Source: Intoshia linei (taxonomy: Eukaryota; Animalia; Orthonectida). From it: a stretch of DNA of 64,000 bases. The translations under genes and the position numbers were made by a program. Below, in pieces: positions 33,701 through 48,162 of the stretch (position 1 is its first letter; the number at the start of each line of letters is the position of its first letter). Under the pieces are notes generated by a model. That model was not told where the DNA came from and did not search any database. It was given only the letters and a program-made list of their open reading frames with translations. The stretch spans positions 6,013 through 70,012 of the forward strand of contig LWCA01000035.1 in assembly GCA_001642005.1 (NCBI GenBank), written 5' to 3'.

Positions 33701-34546
33701 TCCAGATTGATCGGATAATACAAAACTAAACAATTTACCTGGACCAGAGTTATTACTAAATGTTTTAATATTAGACTTCATTGTAACTCGACCACATATA
33801 GTCCAACTAAATGTAAATTAATATCAACAAAAAAAGTATAACGTTTGCTGATATGGTGTCAAATTGTTAATTAACTCATATTTTTTCGAATTTAAATCTA
33901 AAATATAAAATATTGGTGAATTTTTGTAAATCAAACCATTCAGTTTAGTTTTTTTGGGATTGGGCTCAGATATTTCATCAACCCTGGTTGAGACAGAATT
34001 GAAATTGAAACCATTCGAACTGATATTTGTACCGTTTGTTGGTTTAGTTTCTTTATTTTTAGCTAAACTAGTTGGTATTCCAATTAAATCCATGTTTGGC
34101 GAGTTCAATACAGTCATTTCACTTATAGAAACTACCATTCTAAACAAGTGTTAAAAAGTATTTAAAAAATATTATACAAATTAGTCTTTTGGTTTTTATT
34201 CAATTTGTAAGATTCTATCCTCACTAATGAATTTTTTTCAACGTCTTCAATATTTATTCCGTCGTTTATACAGCCTTTTCTTAAACAAAAATCTAAATTT
34301 CAATTATAAAAATGAAATAACAAATAAGATTATGTTCAATAAATTAAGCGTACAGTCACATTTGTTAAGACTATCCGAAAGAGTAACTCGATGGGTAAAA
34401 TCCCGTTTCACAAAATCCTTGCAACTAATATACTGCAGAACCAAGTTATCAACCCGTTCTCCGTTATGTACAATTTTCTATGAAACATTATTTTAATTAT
34501 TTTATCACTGTACTTCAATAGATCCTGGTGCCAGTAATTCTCGCAT
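30788..34546 (-). CDS. RPA1: Replication protein A 70 kDa subunit
   Basis: [60 protein letters not shown] and the Zn ribbon [23 protein letters not shown]. Confidence 0.95.
32721..33091. mobile_element. hAT (Blackjack-like ends) MITE forming most of an RPA1 intron
   Basis: TIR TAGGGTTGCCAACTG / CAGTTCACAACCCTA; flanks CATAAATA / CATAAAAA (7/8 TSD). Confidence 0.75.
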
Positions 34547-34565
34547 GATCTGATTTACAATTGAT

Positions 34566-34573
34566 ATTGGCGC
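34566..34573 (+). promoter_or_regulatory. E2F-like site ATTGGCGC upstream of RPA1
   Basis: TTGGCGC core about 20 nt upstream of the ATG, in the RPA1/KYAT divergent region. Confidence 0.35.
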
Positions 34574-35065
34574 TAATAGACGATAATAGAATTTTTGAAG
34601 TTTTAGTTTGTTAATTATAAACAGAAATTTATTTAAATTTATGTTATGAAATGTTGTACATTACTTTACATACATGTGTTATCAAATTTATCTGCTTACC
34701 CAGAAAACAGTTAAATATATTACACTATATTGGACTAACTACACTCTACTCAGAATAAATAATATCAATGATTACAAAATTAAATAAATCACAGCATTAG
34801 AGATATAAATTAAAAAATCTCGAAAATCTACTAATTTTCAAATTATCGGTCTACTTACCTTACTAAGTAAGGTAATCCTTTTTTCAAAGTAAAGTAAAAG
34901 TAAAATCTTGTAGTCTGAAATGTTTAACATACAAAACATCGCCATGAACAATTACATGAAAATGTACAGCAATGTGATGACATGCAGCACTATCGTATAA
35001 TATGCAAATTTTTTTATATTTAAATAAACTTGAGATTTATATTTACACAGATTGAAAACTAAAAT

Positions 35066-38000
35066 ATGGCAAGTTTGATCAAAGCATCCGCAAAATACAA
35101 ATATTGCATGCCTAATATATGGTATTATTTATATATTTAAAAATATTAGCGAAAAAAGAGCTAAAAGTATCTAATATAAATATTTTGATTGGGACTTAAG
35201 TTTAAATTTCAATGATAATTTATATTATTTTAAAATTACAAAAAAAAATGGAATTTGTTTACCAAATCAGCCACATTCGATTATCCTGGCAAGATGGAAC
35301 AGCCTTTGGAATATATTCCATCATGTTTCAATTATTTGTTGATCCGATAGAGAATTTACTTGGTATGAATGCGTTTATACCAGTGGTTACAGACACAAAT
35401 AGTGTACGAATCCTATTTTAAAGTATTATTTTTGTTTTGACCCAAATGAAACATGAAATATAAAACTTTTATTAAAAAATTAAGATTAATAAAAAAGTTT
35501 TTTTCTCATAAGATTGGTATAATCGTGTTTTTCAAAAAAATATTGATAAAAGTGGAAATAATTATTAGGGGTCAAACGCATATAATGTATTTACATTGGC
35601 ATTTTTATTTATGTTTATTAACCCTTTGACATATTGCGATGTTTTTCTATTGTAAAACAACAAATGCAAAAATGATAAAAGAGAAATGTCATTTTTTTAT
35701 ATGAACAATTAAAATTATATAAACACGCCCATTAAATTGTATTACGCACCGCATCAAATGTTAAAATTTGGTTAAAAAAATTATTAAAAAACCCCCCTGT
35801 TAGAATCTGGTTAAAAAAATTACTCAAAAACCCCTTTTTAAAGAATTAAAGTTAAATTTTAGGAAATCGAAATTGGAAATAAATATGCTGAAATTTAAAA
35901 TAAAATCGGGGTGTTTTTAAATACTGTTCATATTACGACTCGACGCATATGTGGAGCTTTTAATATTTTTGATTTTAAAACTACACATATAGGTGGAGTT
36001 TTGTGTCCAAGGGTTAAATATTTCTATCTATAATAATTTATATTTTTTTCAAATTTTTCAACATTGAACATTCAACAGTTGAGTTGTTTAACTGGATCAA
36101 AATCGACATTTTCGGCAAGTTCGATTATGAACAACATTAAGTGCAATAATTTAACTTAAACTGATGTTACTAGCATAAAAAATAATACATAGATTAAATC
36201 ATGATTATATAAATAAAACGAAAATGATGGTCCTAGAAATTTTTTTTAATTTTTCACAATGTTAATACACAAATTAAAATATTTTAAGAACACATTTGTC
36301 ACGTCAGGGGCCGCCCTACACTCCATCTAGATAGGCTACTATCTACACGGCTCTGATGTACCTCCAATAATGTTTTTATAAATAATACATTTCCTAGTTT
36401 TTATGTAAGCCTTTCAACAAATGAATTGGCAGAGAGGGTATTTAGAATGGTCGATGAGTAAATGTACAAGTAGAAAATATATTACTGAATATCCATTACA
36501 ATTTGATACAAGTTTTTATTAGATACTTTAATCACCATGAAGTAAGAATTATTTAATTTAATACATATTTATAAATATTTTTTGTCAATGGCTTGTACCA
36601 TATTAGGGCATTTATTTCAATAGTTTGGTCATTTTTAAAATTTTATCTGATAGAGAATAATTCTCTTCACATTACAAGAGTAAGCTATACAAATTATCAA
36701 ATTATACAAATAATTTAGTATTAATTTTCAAAATATTTTTATTTTTCGGGGATATTTAGAGAAAAAGTTGGTGGTCTTTTTTGATTTCAAAAATTTTTAT
36801 ATGGATATTCATAACAGACACATATTTACTTATCTTTCCTGTGGTCTACTTTCTATTTACTCATAAAAGGTTTTTTTGACACAGGTTATGGTTTACAGTT
36901 CTAGAAATTCGAGACACTGTATTTATCATAAATTATTGTTTGGTTATATTTAGGGTAACCTATGGAAAATTGGCTACTGATACAAAATCACTCAATTTTG
37001 GCCAAGTACGATATTTAGTTGTTAATAACTGTATTGTTTTAGGGGTTTCCGAATTATATTTCAGAACCTAATATCACAGAATGCTTAAAAAAGGCATCAC
37101 AATTATCACCCATACATCATCAATATGCTCGAAGTTCAGTATGCATTATAATATTTAATATTCATCATTGATAACTTTATGATTTTTAAATCATCGAGTT
37201 TTTACAATGTATTAAGAATATTTTTATTGGTAACTAATATATGGTTATTGAATATTCACAGAGAAATTCTATTAATCGTTATACAAATATTGTAAACGTA
37301 GTCTTATTTTTGTATAGGGCCTCCCTAAATTGACTGAATCCTTGGCAAATCTCTATTCGCCTATATTGAAAAGACAATTAAAACCAATGGAACAAATTTT
37401 GATTAGCAATGGCGCATATGCTGGATTAAAATACGCTATTGAAGGTTACATTGAAGAAGGTGATGAAGTAATTTTTTTATATATTTTAAAATGTTTTTAT
37501 TTGTTTTGTTTTAAAAACCGTGAAAGTTGAATTTTATTCATCTATTAAAAAATGATTACATTTATTTATAGGTTGTTGTGATTGAACCATTTTTCGACTG
37601 TTATCAGCCAATGATTGATTTAGTTGGAGCGAAAGTTAGATATGTTCCATTATTGCCTTCAAAGGTGGATTTTTTATTAATTTAGATGATATGTATATGT
37701 TTAGAGAGGTAGGGTGAATAGTAATGATTGGTCGTTTAATGTAGATGTTCTGAAAAATAGTTTTTCTGCTAAAACGAAAGCAGTTATTTTGAATAATCCT
37801 AATAATCCTTTAGGAAAAGTAAATTTATGCTTCTATAAAATTAATATTAATTAGGTATTTTCACGTGAGGAGTTGAGTATAATTTCAGAATTGTGCATTA
37901 AAAATAATTGCGTGTGTATTTGTGACGAAGTTTACGAATGGTTGAAATATGATTGTGAAATGATAAAAATGGGTATTTTGTTTTATATAATGTCTTTAAT

Positions 38001-40072
38001 TTCCTTTTCTAGCTACTTTACCTGGTATGTGGGACAGAACCATAACTATTGGCAGTGCAGGCAAGACGTTTAGTGTCACAGGATGGAAATGCGGATGGGT
38101 TATCGCACCAGCTGAGATTATTAAAGTGTTGAATAATGTACATGCTAATTTTGTCTATACATGTCCGACTCCTATTCAGGTAATCAATTTTAATTCTATT
38201 TATTTGTATCTAAATATTATGATGTCTACACTATTTAAGACTACAGTTTGTCCACTATTTTCGTGGGTTTATTTCTTTTTAAAATATATCACCTTTGATT
38301 CCAAGGGTTAGAAAAGCTGGTCAAGGGTACGACGCGATTTTTTGAGACTTTAAAAATTATTACCCAAATACAAGTGTAACATTAAATTCCACTCATGAAG
38401 ATGCAACAGAATTATCAAGTTATCGTAATATTAATTAATATGACGACATGTACGTGTTGTGACTTAAACAGGTTGAGAACCACTGAATTAGATAAAGGTA
38501 TTACTTTGAACATAATAAAGATTATCCACTTATATTTTAATTAAAAGAAAAAATATAGTTTATTGTAGACTAATTTGTAGATGGCAGTGGCAAAGTGCAT
38601 AGACGATGAAATAAATAAAATAAGCGTTAGTGGTGAAAAGAGTAGTTACATTTACTTATTAGCCGACGAGTGTTTAGAAAAACGAGATCGGCTTTATAAA
38701 CTACTTTCAAAATCTAAATTTAAACCGATTATACCAGATGGAGGTTACTTCATGCTGGCGGATATATCTGATATAGGTTATTGAGATTTGTTAAATATTT
38801 TTATAATTAAGCAATAGATTTTCCATATACAAACAGTGCTTGCAAAGATGTTGAATTTGTGCATTGGATGGCTAAAACCCATGTTTTTCATTTTTTAAAC
38901 TATTTAATACTTACATTGCATTTAGAAATTAGCTTTAATCCCTACGACCGTATTTTGTTCAAACGAAAATATGAAAAATATGGAGAATTATGTTCGTTTT
39001 TGTTTCATCAAGGTTTATTTTTTTAAATTTCACTGCAGTATATTTCTTTTCATGGACCCGTCTTTGAAATGTATGTAAAATATAAGGTTATAGTAAAGAT
39101 GTAATTATTTAGTTAAATTTCTAAAATATTTTCATAAAGTAAACATTTTACACCTTAAAAAAGCAACCAGGTTGACATTTTTTACTTGTTGTACATTTTA
39201 GTATGATATATCTAATATTCACTACTGTCTTTTTTCGATTATAAGAAGTCTTCTTATATTCGAGAGTAGAACTTGTTAGATTTTTATTAAATTACATCTT
39301 GGGGTATTCTCAAAATCTATTTGATTTGAAAAAAATTTGATTGTGGAAGAGATTAAAGAAAAAATTAGTTTAAATCAACTTTTCTATTCTGACATACATT
39401 TTATGAATATTTCAGAGTGGGACTTAGAAGTTGAGTATCAGTTTTTTGAAATTTTTGGTAAACTAACAATAAAAAATGAGGTCTGTGAAGGACTTAAAAA
39501 TATTTGGTCCCGCTTGATATAATTGATTATGAGTACATTGAAAATATTAAAAACACGTCCGAATCACCTTATCTTAATGAATTTTTTATTCTAAAAAATT
39601 TGAAATTCAGATTACTTTCAACGAATTGCATAAACAACATATTGTATATGGTGAAAGCAAAACTTCTAAATTAGACATTTTATTGTATAAAGGAATTTAT
39701 TTTTTAAAATAAATTGATGTTGTCTATTTTTTGTTTAAAGTTCTTTCTTTCGAATACAATCAGAAACTGCTTATATTCAAATTTTATTTAGTTCAAAATT
39801 TGTATTTCAGGGTCCTGCTTATAATCGAGAAAAGACAGTAGTCGCACAAATAGACTTGACTAAATCCAGTTATATTATGTGAAAAACATTCAGGATTCAT
39901 TACTTTTTGTATGGGTTATTGAATTCAGTTAGTTTAATTAAAATTTAATATAATTATTAACCGTACCAATGTGAATTACTGTTGAATGTATTTGAAAATT
40001 AAATATTTATAAATTTAGTCTGAAGAATCTTTTCAAGATTTAGAGAATTTAATAGATAATATAAAATTGTAA
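35066..40072 (+). CDS. KYAT: Kynurenine--oxoglutarate transaminase 1/3-like class I aminotransferase
   Basis: [48 protein letters not shown]-Lys [25 protein letters not shown] and YVRFCFIK across short-intron exons. Confidence 0.92.
35622..36013. mobile_element. piggyBac-like MITE in KYAT intron 1
   Basis: TTAA|CCCTTTGACA...TGTCCAAGGG|TTAA. Confidence 0.8.
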
Positions 40073-40093
40073 TTCAATAAATGTTTCAATCAT

Positions 40094-41541
40094 TCATTGT
40101 AACTTCGTGAAAGAGATGAGACATTGTTTCTTTGAAATAGATTCGTCTAATACTTTCAGCCAAAAGGTCTCTTATATCAACAATCTTAATTTTGGAGCTA
40201 TTTACATGAATTGGAATAGTATTGGTAACTATAAACTAAAAAATAATAAACAGAAAAAAATTAATTTACTTCATCAATTTTGGAATTTGTAATAGATTCG
40301 TGATATTTTGCACTAAACATAGCATGTGTGCCTAAAATATAAACAGCTTTGGCGCCATTGTTTTTTAGGAATGTAGCAGATTCGATAAAATCCATTAAAG
40401 TTGAATCATCAATACAAATTTCCTAAAAAATATTTCAAAATTTATCTTGATCGTTAAATAATAAAAATTTACGACTAAAAATGTAATTTTATCTTTGACG
40501 TTACCAATCAATACAGGAGCTCCACTTGATTTTGTAGCAATCACTATATAATGTAGTATTACAAATAAAAAAAATTACTCGGAAGACTTCCTACGTGGTG
40601 AGCTATGAATCTTTTCTGAACATCTACGGGTGGCGGACTGTTTCTTCCGTCATCATCAATTTCTTCAGAGTTGTTGGGGAATTTTCCATGTATAACTGCT
40701 ATACCCACACCAAGCCTTTCTGACATGGACGTGGATCGAGCGATCCCGGTTGGACTACGCGAAACGACAACTGCATTTTTAAAATCTGGAATCTAGACAT
40801 TTTCTCGTTGAAAATTGAAAATATAAAAAATACATTTTTTCGAACGTAATGTAGTAAAAACGGCAAACTTCTAAGATTGTCCACAGGACATTCAAAAAAA
40901 CCTTGAATTTCCTTGACTTGTAAATCAATAGTAATCACATGATTAATCCCTGTAAAGATTAAAATGTAATATAAAATAAACGTAATAACTTACCAGCTTG
41001 CACAAACAATTTAGAAATTAGTTTTACGACAATGGACCCTCTTTTACGCATTTTGCTTTGACGGCTAAATTACAATTATAATTAATTTTTGGAACAGTTC
41101 ATTTTACCTATAAGGTAAATGAGGCAAAACAGCAATGATTTCTTGAGCACTGGAAGTTCGGCATGCATAGGCTACCAAAAGCAAATTCATCAAGTCATTG
41201 TTTACATTTCTACCCAAAAGGGCAATTATTATATTTTTACTTAATTATACTGTGTTGAAGTCTGAATAATAAATACACGCTTTTGACGGACTGATTGGCT
41301 AATTTTTATGATGCTTTCTACAAAGAATTTTAAATAATTACATAAAGAAAAATTCAATAAATATTAAATTATAAGGTTAACAACACTGCGTACATTACCC
41401 CTGGATGTTGACAATTCAATATCTGTTTTGCAAATTTTAATGCCAAGTAATCTGAAATGTATTTATATATTAAAAGTATTCATATTACCGAGCTATTGAC
41501 GAGGCAAACGTCTTATCACAATTTCCAGATACAATAAGCAT
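40094..41541 (-). CDS. PRPSAP: Phosphoribosyl pyrophosphate synthase-associated protein (non-catalytic PRPS paralogue)
   Basis: [36 protein letters not shown]...DGRNSPPP (PRPSAP-type insertion), VTNTIP and [16 protein letters not shown]. Confidence 0.9.
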
Positions 41542-42456
41542 TATATAATATTCACTTTGCCTAATTTTATGCTAAACATGGTTACATCAATTTTACTTTA
41601 TTTTATATAAAAAAATAGTAATGATCGATTAAATTTTAAATTTTGATGCGTGTGGTGCTTATCATTTTTTGTCACAGAAAAAGTTTTTTATCAATTTATT
41701 TTTATAATTTATGTATGAGAAAGGAGTTATGTAAATCAATTTTGGATTAATTCGACATTTTATATTTTGAAATAGGATAATTTTAATTATCAACAAACTT
41801 TCAGTTGTTATATAATGAAGTAACGAGGTTAAAGATAAATTTTTTGTTGTCGTTAGCAACCATTCATTGCCTAATAATTTAATCAGTCAAAAATTGCTTA
41901 AGATTAAGTTAAGATATAGTTGTTGGATAAACGAAAAAAAATTTTTGGAAATGCTTTTTTCACATCTTTCTATTTTTCTCTTGTCACATCATAATATTGA
42001 ATTTTTAATTCAGAAAATGATATTTTTTGGGGGTTACATACATTAAATTTATTTATATATCATTACATGTAATTGAACCTCTTTTATCGAGAAATTGGTC
42101 TCTTCAGGAACTAATCATAATATTTTTTTGATTCCTTTTCACTTAATTTTGAATTATTTTTTTATGTTATGTAATGTTTTATAAATGATTGGAAACGAAT
42201 ATTCAGTACATTGGAACTGTGTGCTCGTTTAATTCCTATTTGGTTATTTGATCCACTTTCCTTTGTTTAGTTATATTTCGATACCCAGTGACAGAACGGG
42301 GAAATTGAATTATAATTCAATAATTATTGAGCTAATTATAAAACTTATGTACACTGTATTGTACATATATTTGTGAAATAATAAATATCATTTCAAAAAT
42401 ACCTTCGTTTATCTGTATCCTAGCAAAAATTCAATAAGTTTTCATTTTAGTGGTTA

Positions 42457-43107
42457 ATGACTAAAAGCGACATTGTGGCAACATGGACTTTAGAATTAGT
42501 GGAAGGAAAATATATAATTGAATTTATTCATAACACTCTTACGGGAAGGAGAGGAATATTTGTAAATGACAAGGTAACTGATATTCATTGAGCCTTAAAA
42601 TTATTGTTTTATAGCAATATTTGAGAACAGACTGGATGTTTCATTTATTAGGAACCGAAATATTTGAAATTGGTACAAATCGTTGCGAAATATGTATTGA
42701 TGCTGATGATTTCGAATACAGTTATACGTTATCAGTAAACCAAAAAAAATACGAAACGTTTATAGAAAAGCAATCCAAGTTTCTTCATACTTGGATTTAC
42801 AACGATGAGACCTTGGATTCGGAATTTAGAATTGTTATGGGTAAATTTAAACATTTTGTTTTTAAACCTTGTTTAGACAAAGAAACAATGGACGTGTACG
42901 TTAATGGCAAAATGGTGAAAACTGAAGTATTTAGTTATATATTTTGGTTATAAATTTGGTGTTTAGTCAGAATTTGGTGATGATTGCACAATGATGTTAT
43001 TTAATATCGACGAAAAAATAAATGGAGTAATTAAAACCTTCCATAGTGGAACCATGAAAAAGGGTATCGTTCAAAAATTAGTAATAAATGATAAAATTAT
43101 TGAATAA
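42457..43107 (+). CDS. FAIM: Fas apoptotic inhibitory molecule
   Basis: DIVATWTLELVEGKYIIEFIHNTLTGRRGIFVNDK, DWMFHLLGTEIF, FEYSYTLSVN, FRIVMDKETMDVYVNG; four exons. Confidence 0.92.
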
Positions 43108-43156
43108 CCAATATATTTTTTAATGTAAATAAAAATAACGAAATAATTTATTTACA

Positions 43157-46100
43157 TTAAATACCATTATCATCATATATGTGTACAATATTTTTTTTTG
43201 ATTCAAAGTGGACACGTTTCTCATTTTTATCCTTATCAAATGATTGCGAAATTCTATTTTTAAATATAGACTTTGGTAAACTTTGACTACATGCATTTTG
43301 ATCCTTTGATTTTTTTAATTCCGATATATATTTAGTAACAAGTGTACTGTCGTAATTGAATTTATCGCAAATTTTTTCATATTTGTGTTGATGGTTGCAA
43401 TTTAACTTTTTCTTGTGATTTGTAAGTTGGGTTAAATCGCTCATTGAATTGTAACACCGTGATGCTGATTCATATCCTAGCTTATTTTGATAGTATGTAG
43501 AAATTTTTTTTAAATTGTTCAATTGGCTTTCCTTGTTGCAATTATAACTTAGAATACTATTTCGTATGTTTGTATTTTTATATGTTTTACCAAATGTATC
43601 ATAATACTGTTTCAAAGCGTCCGGAGATATTGGTGATTTTTTTAATTGTAATTTTTCTTTTAAATCTTCCTGTGAGCGCTAAGAATGTAAATATAGTACA
43701 CATTTGTATAGTTTTTTTAAGAGAATATTCTTAAACCTAACCATTTTTACTAAAAATCCACTTTTACAAACTCCTAAGGAAAAATCAAATTTTACCAACC
43801 CTTATGGGAAAACCCACTTTTACCAACCTTTTATGTGAAAAAGAAAATGCAAACAGCGTGCTTGAAGGGCTGAATTTTCTGAAACAGACATGCAAAAAGA
43901 GAGGTAAACAGTGTATAATTCAAACAATTACGACTGACGAAGGCAAGGTGTATATAAAAACTATGGAAACCCTTGGTAGTTCAACCATATGGGTTAACTG
44001 TTGGTTTTATGTGAAAACTTTGATTAAATCTGATGCTTCCGGGATAACTTGTTTATCACTAATATTTTATTTGAGAACTTCATTTTGTTTTGTTTGTGAT
44101 ATTGAGTTTTTATGGGATACTCCGCAATTCTGTGAAACTGGATTATTCCCTTAAAGGTTGGTAAATTTTGATTTTTAGTAAAAATGGTTGGATTTAAATA
44201 GACACCCGTTTTTTAATCAAAGTTTTAACATTTATTTAAATCAGGCGTTCTTAATCGGATATATGACCTTTTTGGGAGCTACAATAAAGATGTATAACTT
44301 TTTTTTAACATCAATAATTTTTAAAAAGGGGGAAAGGTTATATAACCATATCATATTGTTCATAATATACTTATTGCATTTAAGATCATTTATATTATTG
44401 AATTTGTTGAGAAAATAAAAAACATAGTCAATAAAGTTTTGATTTATGAGAGGTGGAGAGAACAAGGTTCAAAACGCCTGATTTAAGACCACTTTAAGTC
44501 ACTTCACAACCGTTTTTTATCAATAATATTTATTTTATTTTGAAATGTTTTATTGATAAATGTGTCAGGTTCAATAGTAATTAATTTTAATGAATATTAT
44601 AATTTCTATCTAATAAAAAGAACGAATAATACTAAATAATAATGTAACTGATTGAACTGTATATTCAATACTAATTAATAAAAATTTGCATCTATTTTAT
44701 CGACATAATCATCAATATCTTGTCTTTATTATTTATTCTGTTCCCATTATTTTGTCTTAAAAAATGAAAATACATGTATTGAGAGGAAACTAATTTATTA
44801 TGCAGAATATATAATTAGAAATAATGTAATGTATGGGATGTGAGACAAACAATATTGATAAACTAAAAATTGAAATTGATAATGAATTATTTTTGTTTAA
44901 AACTTTATTCTAAAATTGACTAAAAATTCAAATGGATCTAAGATGGATGAGAAATTCCCAGTCATGGTAGAACTCATTCGTTCTCCATTGCATTCGTTGG
45001 AATACATCAATTTTTATTTTTCGTAGTTTTTAATGCTTTTTTGACCCAACCAATGTTTCCTATCATTTTACGATATATTCACAATTTGGTATACTATCAG
45101 AACTTGAAAAAAGTAAAATTAAATTAAATACTACCTTTAAATGTAAATCTATTATCTTTTTGCTAGAGAAAAAATAACTAATAGTTCGCATTATCGAATT
45201 CCTAATTTTTTTTATGTATTCTTTTCGATATATTTTAGATATTTTAATGACCAGTATTTAAATCCAACCATTTTTACTAACCCTAAAATAAAAAATCCAA
45301 TTTTACCCTTATTGAATTGAAAAAGTGTATATTTCATGTATTGTATGGTATACTCTGAGTTATATAAATATATATTTATGATTATTATTAGATTTATGAA
45401 ATAACGAACTATTTCATCAAAGATCAAAAATATTCCACTTTAAAAAATAATATTTTGTCAAGTTTGTAAAGAAAATGCAAAGCACAATTTAATTATTACT
45501 TTTGTACACTTTTATAAATGTTTATAATATACAGTTATGGATTTTTTCCTATAAGAGTTGGTAAATTTTGATTTTTAATAAAAATGGTTGGATCTAAGAA
45601 TATTGTCTATTTTAATTATAGTAAATAAATATTTTTCTGATTTGTTTAAAAAGTTACACTAAAAATGAAAAAATATATATAATTGTGATTATGATGATAA
45701 TATACATAACTAAAAAGTAAACCAATAAGTCGCGTATATCACGTCATACTTCCAATAAAAATTGGGATCATGTCACTCAAATATTTTTTATCAACATAAT
45801 TCATATCGTATTTAAAAAATTACGTCTTTAGGAGGAAATGTTGTGGTATGAACAGGGGATTTTACATTATTATTCATCTTTAATAAACCTTCGTACATTT
45901 TTTTGAATTTGATGACCTTTACTTCCAAATAATCAATTTGATAATTATTTTTTCTTATTTGACAATTAAGATTTCTCCGATCCAAATTACTTTCATTTAA
46001 TTTTTTGTTTAATATTTCAATTTTATGTACAAGACGTTCGTTTTCGTTTTTACATAGAGCGAGATTGACGCTTTGAATTTTTTCGATATTAAACAGAGTA

Positions 46101-46288
46101 GAATTGTGAGGAAACCGTTCATTATCATTTCTATAAGAAGTACAGTCAAAACTATTTTGTTTTTCATTTTTAATTTTCTTCATATTCTGGTGATCAAATG
46201 TATTTTCATTTCTGATATCAACATTATTTGAGTTATTCATATCTACACTAAAATTAATATTAACACACTTTTCTGGAATGCCTTTCAT
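43157..46288 (-). CDS. Orphan Asn/Lys-rich coiled-coil protein with C-terminal RVxF motif
   Basis: ORFs 45812-46288 and 43157-43615 join in phase 0 (donor after FPPKD at about 45823, acceptor near 43679) across a MITE-filled intron. There is a heptad-like segment and a C-terminal KRVHF. No family recognised. Confidence 0.55.
43731..44198. mobile_element. TTAA-flanked long-TIR MITE with TTTTACCAACC subterminal repeats
   Basis: About 50-bp imperfect TIR (AACCATTTTTACTAAAAATC). Related copies or fragments lie at about 450-660, 950-1140, 8390-8600, 21380-21900, 31640-31880, 45258-45600 and 49850-49950. Confidence 0.7.
44242..44480. mobile_element. hAT-like MITE
   Basis: TIR CAGGCGTT / AACGCCTG; flanks ATTTAAAT / ATTTAAGA. 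Confidence 0.6.
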
Positions 46289-48162
46289 GTGATTATTGAT
46301 ATTTTGAAAGATCAGGATTGATTATTCGGATTTGATGGTAAAACAAAATAAATTAAAAGGTAAATCATTAATGTATAATATACATCCTTATTGATAAATA
46401 AACTAATATGTGGGTGTTTTGAACATTAATGAATTAAATGGGTTCACATAAATCATAATGTCATAGTATGTATAAAAGATAAGTTGATACGTATTATGTT
46501 GAAGTGTATTGATTGAAACTTATACTATCCTTAATAGAATAATTAACATTAAAACATACCCCAAATTGTTGATCTCATGTTTTCATTGATTAACGTAACT
46601 ACAATAATACCGATACTAAGCAATTCATTCCCAATAATATTAATTTTGTATATATAAGTCTTTAAAATTTTTTTTTTTATCAAAGAAAATTTGCATTTAA
46701 TTGGGTCACAATAAATGTAAAATTAGCTTGTATTTACAAACAAATACATAGAGTATTTAGTTGTTGTATAAGTCTTATACAAAAAATCATCCAAATTTTG
46801 TCAATGTTGGTGTAAAAAATAATTTGAAAAGATTAATTAACTGTTTATAATAATAATGCATTCGAATTATTAATAATGATAAGTAAAAATAAAAATGTAG
46901 TTTGTATTACAAATTTTATTTCAAAAATAATAAATTTATAATACTAAATTTGATTATTTTTTCTCAAAATTCATTGATTTTATTACAAAAACATACATTT
47001 TACACCTTATAAATGGTTAGTTTTAAGTTTATGATTTTTTAAAGATATAAAATATTTTTTCCATTGCAGTATTTGTGTTTATTACTATTAAGTATGCTTT
47101 GTAGATAATACTATATAAATAAAGAAGTTAATACTATTTGTACATTTAATCTATAATTATTTTTCTGTCACATAGAACAAGTAAAGCATACATGTATTGT
47201 AGCATTTCCTGATTTATAAAAATCTCACTTCAATTATAATGTATAATTATTTTAAAAAAATAACATCGATATTGGTTTTGCAATAAGTTACTAGCAATTG
47301 ATTATAGTTGAAGTTCACGCATAACTTATTATTTAGTAAATAAATATCACTATTATTTCTATGTTACTAAAATATATTGGTAAAGTATATATCATACATA
47401 TGTATTCTACTACATACAATGTATGTCATACATACAAAAATTACTGTATATGTAAATTAGAATAAAAGATAGAAATATATAATTGGGATTCTCAACATTT
47501 TTTGAACCATCGCTCACAGATTTAAAAATTTTAATAGCTTGACTTTAGTTTAATTTAATTCTAATTTTACATAACTTATCATTAAGGCTGGTACTAGCTA
47601 ATTTTTTAAAATACTTAAATGTGATATAAATGACTAATTTGAATACAATGATACTTTAATTATTATTTTAATATTTAGAACTAAATATTCGGAAAAAGGG
47701 AATTTTTAAATAAAGGGTTTGAAATGGTATTTTTTATTAAATTTTATTAATGGTTGAATTTTTAAAATAATAATTTAGCGGTCGTCTAGGCTTTGAGATA
47801 ATCCCAACATTTGTTAACTCTATAATAAACTATTTTACAAAAATAAACTAATTTTGTAATTTTTCTGATAATAAAACCAGAAATGATGGTACTAATACCA
47901 GCACGTTCTGGCAACACCTTGCTTATCATGTATTTCATGAATGTAATAAATATGTTCAGAGCCGTACCTACCCAACTCGAGGCCATCCGAAAATCAAAAA
48001 TAGACACCTAAAAAAAATTTATAAAAGGATGATTAGTGTCATATAGCTCTAACCACCTATCTAAGAGTCTTGCTTTGACATTTTAAAATATAAATCAACG
48101 GTTCCCAACAAACTTCACAGTTCGTACCCATAAATTGAAAAAAAATTATTTCGTTGTTATTA

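Noticed and set aside
43804-44154. 116-aa ORF inside the orphan gene intron
   Set aside because: It lies within a MITE and shows no transposase motifs.
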